This document shows, one piece after another, positions 19,351-27,915 of a stretch of 64,000 nt of DNA; positions within the stretch are counted from its first letter, which is position 1; every line of letters begins with the position of its first letter. Origin of the DNA: a candidate division FCPU426 bacterium (GTDB taxonomy: Bacteria > Oederibacteriota > Muellerivitia > Muellerivitales > Muellerivitaceae). The DNA lies in NCBI GenBank assembly GCA_963719085.1, contig CAVRAL010000004.1, positions 992,001 to 1,056,000 on the forward strand, in the 5' to 3' direction. Below the pieces are notes generated by a model. It did not search any database, had not been told where the DNA came from, and saw only the letters and a list, made by a program, of their open reading frames with translations. Position numbers and translations under genes: made by a program.

Positions 19351-21197
19351 GGGGTGCCCGCTCCCGCTTCCAGTTTGGCCCGGACCAAGTTGTTTTGGGC
19401 GTTCAAATTATTGGGGTCAATTTTCAAAGTCTCCTGCCAGTCCTTCACGGCTTCGGCGTTATCTCCGCTTAAATAAGCCCGCAGGCCTTTTTGATAAAGA
19501 TCCTGGGCTTGGCGGGATTGATCGGCGCTCAACTTTTCCGCGGCCCCCGGAGCGGTTTCACTTAGTTTAGCGCCGGCTTGGGCGTTGGAAGGATCCAGCG
19601 CGATCACTTTTTTCCAGTCTTCCCGGGCCAGGTCGGGGCGGCCTTTTTGAGCGTAAAGGTCGGCTTCCAATAAAAGCCGGTCGACCTGGGGATTGGCGGC
19701 GGCCGGGGCGGAGGTTTTTGAAAGCGACCGCGCCAGCTGGGCAAACCAAGGATCGTTCGGATAAAGGGTTTGGCCCTGGGTTAAAAGCTCACCGGCTGTT
19801 TTTCGGTCTCCCTGGGCCAGCGCGGCGAAGGCCCGTGAAAGCAGGTCGTGGGCTTGGGGTTCCGCCGCCGGTCCGGGCGCGGCCGGCTGGTTTTTCAAGC
19901 GAACCGCGGCCGCTTGGTATTGGGGCTGGGTGGGATCCAATTGGGCGGCCCAATCGTCATCCCGCTGGGCTTCCGTCAAGGATCCCTGGGACTCGGCGGT
20001 TTGGCCTAGGGCGAAATACTGCGCGGCTCTTTCCTGGTTGTAATGGGTCAGGGCATCCTGCTTTTCCGAAAGCACCGAAGCGTCATTGGGTTTTATTTTC
20101 AAAGCTTCCAAGTAATACCAAAGCGCGGACCGCCAATTTTTAGCCTGGGCCGCGTCCCGGGCTTTTTCCAAAAACCAACCATAGGGGCCGGCGGTTTGGG
20201 GCGCGACAGGGGGGGAGCCCTTGAAAGTGAGCTCGAGCTCGTAATTGGCCGGAAGGCCCTCGGAATCGATGGAAGGCTCGGTCCCCCAGGAAAAAAGATA
20301 GGCATAGTCCAATTGCAAAAAGGAATTGCTCCATCCGATCCCTAACGCCCCTTGGTTAGCGTCCCCGCCGGCCCGCAAGGCCAGGCCTAAGAAAGGAAGC
20401 CGCCATTCGGCCCCCCCTTGGGTTTCCAGCCCCGCTCCCAGGTCTTGCTGGGACAGGGTCAAGTTCAAGGAACCGGCATCGGCGAGGGAAAGGTCATAGG
20501 CCGCGCCCCAGCGCCAAGCGATAGGGAAGCGGTAAACCCCGATCACGCCTAAGTTGGGTTGGGTGAGATCGTCCGCGGATAAACCCAGGGTTAACGAGGG
20601 AAGGGGTTGATAAAGAATCCCCGCGCCCAGTGAAAAAGCTCCGCCGGAATAATTGGAAACGCCTAGGGAAGAATTAAGGATATAAGCCTGTTTGAGATAG
20701 GAAAATGAGAATCCTATTTGAAAATGTCCGAGTGTTTTTAGCTCGGTGAGGTCCCGCCCCCAAGCCAATTGAAATCGGTCTTGCTGAAGGTTGTTGGACC
20801 CAAAGTGGTCCCAAGCAAGCCCGGCGACGCCCAGATCTTCCAAGGGTAGGGCGGCGGTTAAACCGCTGGTGGAAAGCGAGTCTTGTTCCAAGCCGGGCTC
20901 CAGCGCTTGGTACCGGGCAGAGAGATTCAGGCGGTCGATTAAGCCCAGTCCCGCCGGGTTGAAATAAAAACTTTCAGAACCTTCCGGATCGGCGACCAAA
21001 TTTCCCCCCATGCCCGCCGCGCGGGCGGGCGGATCGAAATCCAAAAAAGCCTCTCGGGATGGAGCGGGCGCCAACAAGATCGCCCACCCGGCCATCGGTG
21101 CCAGAAAAAAGGTGAAAAAACGACGATAACGGAAAACGTTTTTGTTCAAAGCCGGCCCGATTGAAGTAATTTTTTCTTCCCGATCCACGGGTGCCAT
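19347..21197 (-). CDS. PorV/PorP(SprF)-like outer-membrane beta-barrel fused to TPRs
   Basis: 'ARAAGMGG..A..E.FYFNPAGL' N-terminus of FadL/PorV-type barrels, amphipathic strands ending 'LDYAY..YELELTF', then about 280 aa of TPRs. Exact start uncertain. Confidence 0.7.
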   Translation of the reverse strand: MAPVDREEKITSIGPALNKNVFRYRRFFTFFLAPMAGWAILLAPAPSREAFLDFDPPARAAGMGGNLVADPEGSESFYFNPAGLGLIDRLNLSARYQALEPGLEQDSLSTSGLTAALPLEDLGVAGLAWDHFGSNNLQQDRFQLAWGRDLTELKTLGHFQIGFSFSYLKQAYILNSSLGVSNYSGGAFSLGAGILYQPLPSLTLGLSADDLTQPNLGVIGVYRFPIAWRWGAAYDLSLADAGSLNLTLSQQDLGAGLETQGGAEWRLPFLGLALRAGGDANQGALGIGWSNSFLQLDYAYLFSWGTEPSIDSEGLPANYELELTFKGSPPVAPQTAGPYGWFLEKARDAAQAKNWRSALWYYLEALKIKPNDASVLSEKQDALTHYNQERAAQYFALGQTAESQGSLTEAQRDDDWAAQLDPTQPQYQAAAVRLKNQPAAPGPAAEPQAHDLLSRAFAALAQGDRKTAGELLTQGQTLYPNDPWFAQLARSLSKTSAPAAANPQVDRLLLEADLYAQKGRPDLAREDWKKVIALDPSNAQAGAKLSETAPGAAEKLSADQSRQAQDLYQKGLRAYLSGDNAEAVKDWQETLKIDPNNLNAQNNLVRAKLEAGAGTP

Positions 21198-21300
21198 TCT
21201 AAATCTTCAAGCCATTCTAAGTCTTTTTAAACTGCGGCTTTAAAAACTTCGCGGCTTAGGCCCATTTCAAAAGCCCTTTATTAACGATATCCAAGCAAAA

Positions 21301-21320
21301 AAACTTTATCGAAACTTTAT
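21301..21320. promoter_or_regulatory. 11-bp-period direct repeat AAACTTTAT, candidate OmpR-family site in divergent promoter region
   Basis: AAACTTTAT at 21301 and 21312. Similar CTTTA-N6-CTTTA at 8811, and inverted at 30796. Confidence 0.3.
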
Positions 21321-21493
21321 GGGGGAGGGGGATGCCGAGCTTAGTCTTTTAAGCCGGGTCGGTTCGATTAAAGAAGCCGTAAAGAGTGCTTTGGGTGGCT
21401 GGGCAAAAAAGTCCACGCTGTTATGATCCGCCTTAAGTGGTTGACGCCGCTTGAAATTTATTTTCTTCCATCGGGAAGCTTTGAGGAAATCTT

Positions 21494-24400
21494 ATGCGCC
21501 TGACTAAAAATGTTTTGAGCTTGGGTTTGAAGACGGCCTTTTTGACGACGGTTTTCCTGGCGGCCTTCACGAACTTATCCTACGCCAATGTTCCCGGGGG
21601 CGGCACGGGTACGGGAGCCAATGTGACCGTGACCCAAAATGGCGCGAACGTCGTGCTGTCCAACGGCATCGTCACCTTCACGATCGACACGACCAACGCC
21701 AATATCACGAACTTCACCTACAACGGAACGAACCTTCTAGCCGGAGGAAGCGGCGGGGGTCACTTTTACATTGACGGCTCGGGTGGACCTACCTTCAACA
21801 ATCCTACTTACACCCTGACGGTGAATCCCGCGGATAACGGCGGCAACCAGGCGGAAGTGTGGCTCCAACAAACGGGCAGCCCCATGGACGCCGCGGCCTA
21901 TTTCGACCTGTTGCGCGGACAACAAGGTTTTTACGACACGGTGATCCTCACCCACCAAGCCAGCTATCCCGACTACCCCGGCGCTGAACTGCGTACGAAC
22001 GTCTATGTGGGTTCCATATTCAACTGGCTGGCCGTGGACCCCTATCGGTTCCGGGAGATGGGATCACCAAGCGACTCATCCATCGCCGTGCCGGGCGCGC
22101 CCAAGGAAGTGACCCAGTGGACCAGTGGGATTTATAACGGGCTTACGGAATGTAAGTATGGTTACAGCGATCCGCTGGGCCAACTCAACGTATGGGGCTG
22201 GGCTTCCACGACCGCTCCCTACGGCATCTGGCAGACGGTTCCCAGCCACGAATACTATGACGGCGGGCCCATGCACCGGGAACTCACCGAGCACATCGGC
22301 AACACCCTGTTGAACATGTTCGGGGGCGGTCATTACGGCTTCGGCTCGGACGGGGACCAACCCGCGGGAACCTTCTCATCCAAGACTTTTGGTCCCGCCT
22401 TTGTTTACGCCAACAAATATGCCGGTTCCTCCAGCGATCCTGTTTCCCTGAAAGCCCAAGTCCTTTGGGCGGATGCCCAAGCCCAGGCGGCGGCGGAGCA
22501 GGCCGCATGGCCTTATACTTGGTTCAAACCCCAACCGATTGCCGGCATGACCGGATCCGCTTATCCCCAGGCCAGCGCCCGCGGCACAGTGAACGGAACC
22601 TTCGCCATTAACGACGCTTTCAATCCAAGCGCCTCGCCCGTGAGCATGTGGATTGGTTTGGCTCCGGTTGACGGCGGGATTGATTTCCAACAGCAGTACC
22701 TGACTTGCCAGTTCTGGGTTAAGACCGGACCCGGCGGCAGCTTCACCATCCCCAACGTTCTGCCGGGAACTTATAATTTGTGGGCCTTTGGTCCGGGCGC
22801 GGCCGGCACCTTTGAAAAGACAAACGTTACCGTGGCCGCCGGCCAGGCCTTGAGCCTTGGCACGGTGACCTGGACTCCCCCCCGCTTAGGGGCCACGGTG
22901 TGGCAGATTGGAATTCCGGACCGCAATTCGAATGAATTCAACAACGGCGAACATTTATTGACGCCTTATACCGGCGTATTGCCGGGCTATGCCGGTGGCG
23001 CGCCGTTCAATACCCCGGCGGCCTGGGGCGCGTTCATGGGTTACTCGAACCAATACCCCAATGGGGTCAGTTTCGTGGCCGGGACCAGCAACTATGCCAC
23101 TGACTGGAATTATGTCCAGCCCACGGTACCCTCCGGAAGCTCCTTTGTCGGATCGACTTCCAAGATCTTTTTTAATTTGGTCACGGCACCCACGGCGGCC
23201 CAACAGGCGAGGCTTTATATTGCTTTCGCGGCGGTCAACAGTGGGGCTTGCATCCTCACCGTCAATGGGGTGGTCCAGACCGGTACGGTTATGGGATCCA
23301 CGGATGGCATCTACGGCGCCATTGGCAATTCGGCTAATGGATTTGTCCCGCCTAACCATAGTTTCGACACTCCCTTACGCCTGGGTTCGAATGGGGCCTG
23401 GGGCGATGCCTACCTGAATTTTCCGGGAACAAGCCTGAAGGCGGGCCGGAATGAGATTGACATCACTCTTCGTCCCACCGGCGGCGCCAGTCTGGGACAA
23501 GGTTTTGAATACGATTATTTGCGCTTGGAACTGACCGGATATGTTTCAGGAACACCCACTTCCACACCGGTGGTTTCCGCTCCCACCAATACACCGACCC
23601 GGACTTTGACATCGACTCCGACTTCAACGGCCACTGCTACGAGAACGGCGACTGCGACAAGCACCGCCACGCCTACCAAGACATCCACGAATACACCGAC
23701 TCGAACCGCCACCATGACTTCAACGGTTACCGCGACGGTAACTAAAACGATTACACCCGTCCCCCCAACCGCTACTCCAACACCTGTGCCGCCCACTGTT
23801 ACCAGAACCCCTACTTTGTTGGTGTCGGCTACGGAAACCGCTACGCCCACCTGGACCTTGAGTCCGGTTCCGCCAACCGTGACCGCCTCGCCTACGGCTA
23901 CACCTTCGTTGACTTCGACATCGACGGTGACGCGCACACCGGTGCCGCCCACGGCTACATTAACGAAAACATTGACGCCGGTTCCTCCGACGGCGACTCA
24001 TACATTGGTTCCGCCGACTTCGACGCTAACTTCGACTCCCACGGTGACCAGGACACCCTTACCGCCCACATTGACGCCCACCTTGGTTCCGACCAATACG
24101 CCTACGGGCACGGGATCCTTGACGGTGTATTTGTTGTCGGGAGTCACGACGAATACCACCAACAGCCCCCATCCCCAGATTGAGGTGAAGAACACGGGGA
24201 CGGCGCCCTTGAACCTGAATAATGTGGAAGTGCGCTACTGGTTCAACTGCGACTGCACGGGCCAATCGATCCAAACCTGGGTGGACTGGGCGGGATGGAT
24301 GCCCGCGGGAAGCACGGTCACGGCGGATGTGCTGACCTCGGTGGTGGCCACGACTTTGGGAGGCCAGACCGATTACGTGAGCTATAAGTTCGCGGGGAAC

Positions 24401-24949
24401 CTGACGCTGCAGCCGGGCCAGAGCGTGCAAATCCAAAGCCGTTTCAACAAGAGCGATTGGAGCAACATGCTTCAGAATAACGACTGGAGCTACACGGCTT
24501 CGACCAGCTTCACCTTGTCGACCAAAATCACCGGATACCTGAACGGATCCCTGATTTGGGGACAGGAACCGGTTGTGACGGCTCCCGCCGCGCAGACGGA
24601 AAACCTTTTGGCTTTCCCGAACCCTTCCACGGGGACGGGAGTGAACCTGTCGGTCAACCTGGGCGGCGCGAGCGCTTCTTCCATTGGGGCCAAATCCGTG
24701 AGTACGTCGCCGGGAATCGATCCGGACGCGCTCGTTACCTTCCGGGCCTATAGCCTGGACGGCCAATTGGTTTGGGTGAAGACCGTGACGGCGGAAAGTT
24801 TGGAATCTTCCGGCACTCACAGCCTCTACTGGAACGAGCGGAACTTGGAAAACCAGTCCTTGTCCAGCGGGATGTACATCGTGGTCGTCGCGGTGAAGTC
24901 GGGGACCCAGTCCAACACCGCGACCACGAAGGTCGTGATTTTAAAATAA
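21494..24949 (+). CDS. Secreted rhamnogalacturonan lyase (PL4-like) + Thr/Pro linker + CBM3 + CTD
   Basis: PL4-type motifs HY.G, 'KTFGP..YAN', LWADA, 'QFWV..G.FTIPNV.PGTYNL', VWQIGIPDR, EYDYLRLE. CBM3 'NTG..L.L..VRYWF..KSDWS..NDWSY..LIWGQEP'. Confidence 0.88.
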   Translation: MRLTKNVLSLGLKTAFLTTVFLAAFTNLSYANVPGGGTGTGANVTVTQNGANVVLSNGIVTFTIDTTNANITNFTYNGTNLLAGGSGGGHFYIDGSGGPTFNNPTYTLTVNPADNGGNQAEVWLQQTGSPMDAAAYFDLLRGQQGFYDTVILTHQASYPDYPGAELRTNVYVGSIFNWLAVDPYRFREMGSPSDSSIAVPGAPKEVTQWTSGIYNGLTECKYGYSDPLGQLNVWGWASTTAPYGIWQTVPSHEYYDGGPMHRELTEHIGNTLLNMFGGGHYGFGSDGDQPAGTFSSKTFGPAFVYANKYAGSSSDPVSLKAQVLWADAQAQAAAEQAAWPYTWFKPQPIAGMTGSAYPQASARGTVNGTFAINDAFNPSASPVSMWIGLAPVDGGIDFQQQYLTCQFWVKTGPGGSFTIPNVLPGTYNLWAFGPGAAGTFEKTNVTVAAGQALSLGTVTWTPPRLGATVWQIGIPDRNSNEFNNGEHLLTPYTGVLPGYAGGAPFNTPAAWGAFMGYSNQYPNGVSFVAGTSNYATDWNYVQPTVPSGSSFVGSTSKIFFNLVTAPTAAQQARLYIAFAAVNSGACILTVNGVVQTGTVMGSTDGIYGAIGNSANGFVPPNHSFDTPLRLGSNGAWGDAYLNFPGTSLKAGRNEIDITLRPTGGASLGQGFEYDYLRLELTGYVSGTPTSTPVVSAPTNTPTRTLTSTPTSTATATRTATATSTATPTKTSTNTPTRTATMTSTVTATVTKTITPVPPTATPTPVPPTVTRTPTLLVSATETATPTWTLSPVPPTVTASPTATPSLTSTSTVTRTPVPPTATLTKTLTPVPPTATHTLVPPTSTLTSTPTVTRTPLPPTLTPTLVPTNTPTGTGSLTVYLLSGVTTNTTNSPHPQIEVKNTGTAPLNLNNVEVRYWFNCDCTGQSIQTWVDWAGWMPAGSTVTADVLTSVVATTLGGQTDYVSYKFAGNLTLQPGQSVQIQSRFNKSDWSNMLQNNDWSYTASTSFTLSTKITGYLNGSLIWGQEPVVTAPAAQTENLLAFPNPSTGTGVNLSVNLGGASASSIGAKSVSTSPGIDPDALVTFRAYSLDGQLVWVKTVTAESLESSGTHSLYWNERNLENQSLSSGMYIVVVAVKSGTQSNTATTKVVILK
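24107..24599 (+). repeat. Shared CBM3 block, copy 1
   Basis: 493 bp near-identical to 27055-27547. Confidence 0.92.
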
Positions 24950-25014
24950 AAATGAAATTTGGCCGGGCTTAAACGGAAGCGCGGGTTTGAAAACCGGCAA
25001 GAGGAGGCTCGAAA

Positions 25015-27891
25015 ATGAAAATTTTTAAGACCGGGTTTTTAAGCGTGGCCATTCTGCTTTTGGCGGGGAATTTTTTCGCCCTGCGAGCCCAAACCAACAT
25101 CACCGTCAACGCTTCGACGGCGGTGGGGACGGTTCCATCAGAAATTTACGGCAATAATATGGCCCCCTGGGTCGGCACCAACAACGGGTCCGATTCAACC
25201 TATAACACCGCCATGCAGGTTTCGGGAAGCCGAAATATCCGCTGGCCGGGGGGGTCTTGGGCCGATATCTTGAACTGGAACAACATCACCTGCAAAGACA
25301 GCTTTGACGTCACGACTTCCCAATATATTTCCTTCCTGCAGAAATTCGGCGGGGTCATGCATCCGATCGTGAATTTCAGCGGCAATTGGTGCGGCACCCA
25401 ATTTACCCACGCGCAGGCGGTGAGCCTGGCCGCCGCCTGGGTCAGTTGGAACATCACCAACGCCGGATCGGCCCGCGCCAAATATTGGGATGTGGGCAAT
25501 GAAAATTACGGCAGTTGGGAACAGGGGGGACAGGGATCGGCCGGAAGCACCCTGACGGGAACCGTTTACGGGAATTATTTTGTCGATTATTACAAGGCGA
25601 TGAAGGCCGCCGATCCCACCATTCTGGTCGGGGCGGTGGTTTCCCCGGGCTCCGGCGATTACAACGGCTGGACACAAAAGGTCTTGACCGCCTGTAAAAA
25701 CGGGGGGGTCACTCCCGATTATTTGATTGTCCACCAATACCCCGGCCCTTCGGGGACCGGTTCCACGGTGGACTCCCAATCCTTGGCCAATCTTTCCCTG
25801 CCCGGCAGCTCCAAGGCCAGCTTGGACAGCCTGGTCTCCCAAACCTTTGGAAGCGCGGAGGTCGGCAAGATTAAGTATTACAATGACGAATACAACATCA
25901 ACAACGGGCTCAGCATCCTGATGAACGAGTATGTCAACGCGATGTTCTGTTCCCAATGGATGCTGGAGTCGGCTAAAAACGGCTGGATCGGCTGTAACCT
26001 GTGGGCCACCAAGAATGGCGGCTCCCCCGATTTTGGTTTCATCAACACCAGCACGGACGTGCCTTTCCCGAATTACTATGTTTTCCCTATGCTGTCCGGG
26101 AAGTTCGGCCAGAATATGGTCGCCTGCAACAGCTCGGCCTCCATCGTGCGTTCTTACGCGGCCACCGACGCTTCCGGCAACTTGACCCTCTATATGGTGA
26201 ACAACAACCCGACGGCTTCCGAAAACGCGACAATCTCCATCGCGGGATTTAATCCCGCCGCTTCCGGCAACGCCTGGGTGATGTTGCCCTCGGGCACGTC
26301 TTCCACGGGGGCTCCCCAGGAAGCGCCGGGCCTGCAGATCAATGGCCACGCGAATCCGACGCCCGCCAGCCTTGCTTCTATCGCGGGTACGGTTCAAGCC
26401 ACTGGATCGAATTTCACCCTGAGCCTTCAGCCCAACGAAATGTTGCTGATGGTCATTCCGCCTTCAACGGCCCGCCCGACAGCCACCTTTACGCCGCTTC
26501 CGCCGACGGCGACTCGCACGTCAACAGCCGTACCTACAAAGACCTGGACTCCGTCCTCTACGGCCACACCTTCTGCGACGAAGACAAATACACCAGTTCC
26601 GCCAACGGCCACTTCGACGAAGACCTTGACCTCCACGCCGACGGCAACTTGGACGGCAACCGCTAGCGCGACGAAGACGATTACACCCGTTCCGCCAACG
26701 GTAACTTCGACCGCAAGTGCGACCAAAACGGCCACGGTTCCGCCTTTCACCGCCACTTCCACATCTACTGAAACCTTGGCGGTGTCCGTGACCGTGACGG
26801 ATACGCCTACCTGGACCCCAAGTCCCGTTCCGCCAACCTTAACCGCCTCGCCTACGGCTTCGGCGACGCCTTTGCCGCCAACGGCAACCTCGACCACGAC
26901 AGCGACGGTGACGCGCACACCGGTGCCGCCCACGGCTACCTTTACGGCGACCTTGACGAGGACGCCGATTCCACCGACAGCGACTTTCACGAGGACCTCA
27001 GTGCCACCGACTTCGACGCCCACTCTGGCGCCGACGAATACGGCGACTCCCGCCGGCACGGGATCCTTGACGGTGTATTTGTTGTCGGGAGTCACGGCGA
27101 ATACCACCAACAGCCCTCATCCCCAGATTGAGGTGAAGAACACGGGGACGGCGCCCTTGAACCTGAATAATGTGGAAGTGCGCTACTGGTTCAACTGCGA
27201 CTGCACGGGCCAATCGATCCAAACCTGGGTGGACTGGGCGGGATGGATGCCCGCGGGAAGCACGGTCACGGCGGATGTGCTGACCTCGGTGGTGGCCACG
27301 ACTTTGGGTGGCCAGACCGATTACGTGAGCTATAAGTTCGCGGGGAACCTGACGCTGCAGCCGGGCCAGAGCGTGCAAATCCAAAGCCGCTTCAACAAGA
27401 GCGATTGGAGCAACATGCTTCAGAATAACGACTGGAGCTACTCGGCTTCGACCAGCTTCACCTTGTCGACCAAAATCACCGGATACCTGAACGGATCCCT
27501 GATTTGGGGCCAGGAACCGGTTGTGACGGCTCCGGCCGCGCAGACGGCCAATGTGGTGGCATTCCCGAACCCTTCCACGGGGAACGGAGTGAACCTGTCG
27601 GTGAATGTGACCGGAAGCGCCTCCTCGATCGGGGCGAAAGCCGTCAGCACATCGCCGGGAATTGATCCGAGCGGGGTCCTGACCTTCCGGGCTTACAGCT
27701 TGGACGGACAATTGGTCTGGGTGAAGACCGTGGAGGAGAGCAGTTTCGAGTCCTCGGGCCACAGCCTCTACTGGAACGAGCGGAACTTGGAAAACCAGTC
27801 CTTGTCCAGCGGGATGTACATCGTGGTCGTCGCGGTGAAGTCCGGGGTTCAGTCCAGCACCTCGACCGTGAAAGTCGCGATTTTAAAATAA
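25015..27891 (+). CDS. Secreted clan GH-A hydrolase (GH51/GH44-like) + Thr/Pro linker + CBM3 + CTD
   Basis: GAGGAGG at 25001. Motifs IRWPGGSWAD, YWDVGNENYG, AMKAADPTI, VHQYP, NDEYN. Exact family not resolved. Confidence 0.75.
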   Translation: MKIFKTGFLSVAILLLAGNFFALRAQTNITVNASTAVGTVPSEIYGNNMAPWVGTNNGSDSTYNTAMQVSGSRNIRWPGGSWADILNWNNITCKDSFDVTTSQYISFLQKFGGVMHPIVNFSGNWCGTQFTHAQAVSLAAAWVSWNITNAGSARAKYWDVGNENYGSWEQGGQGSAGSTLTGTVYGNYFVDYYKAMKAADPTILVGAVVSPGSGDYNGWTQKVLTACKNGGVTPDYLIVHQYPGPSGTGSTVDSQSLANLSLPGSSKASLDSLVSQTFGSAEVGKIKYYNDEYNINNGLSILMNEYVNAMFCSQWMLESAKNGWIGCNLWATKNGGSPDFGFINTSTDVPFPNYYVFPMLSGKFGQNMVACNSSASIVRSYAATDASGNLTLYMVNNNPTASENATISIAGFNPAASGNAWVMLPSGTSSTGAPQEAPGLQINGHANPTPASLASIAGTVQATGSNFTLSLQPNEMLLMVIPPSTARPTATFTPLPPTATRTSTAVPTKTWTPSSTATPSATKTNTPVPPTATSTKTLTSTPTATWTATASATKTITPVPPTVTSTASATKTATVPPFTATSTSTETLAVSVTVTDTPTWTPSPVPPTLTASPTASATPLPPTATSTTTATVTRTPVPPTATFTATLTRTPIPPTATFTRTSVPPTSTPTLAPTNTATPAGTGSLTVYLLSGVTANTTNSPHPQIEVKNTGTAPLNLNNVEVRYWFNCDCTGQSIQTWVDWAGWMPAGSTVTADVLTSVVATTLGGQTDYVSYKFAGNLTLQPGQSVQIQSRFNKSDWSNMLQNNDWSYSASTSFTLSTKITGYLNGSLIWGQEPVVTAPAAQTANVVAFPNPSTGNGVNLSVNVTGSASSIGAKAVSTSPGIDPSGVLTFRAYSLDGQLVWVKTVEESSFESSGHSLYWNERNLENQSLSSGMYIVVVAVKSGVQSSTSTVKVAILK
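27055..27547 (+). repeat. Shared CBM3 block, copy 2
   Basis: 493 bp near-identical to 24107-24599. Confidence 0.92.
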
Positions 27892-27915
27892 CGGTAAGAA
27901 AAGATTTGGTGATAA

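Noticed and set aside
21494..27891. Cellulosome scaffoldin, suggested by CBM3 and Thr/Pro linkers
   Set aside because: No cohesin repeats or duplicated dockerin Ca-binding motifs were seen in any protein.
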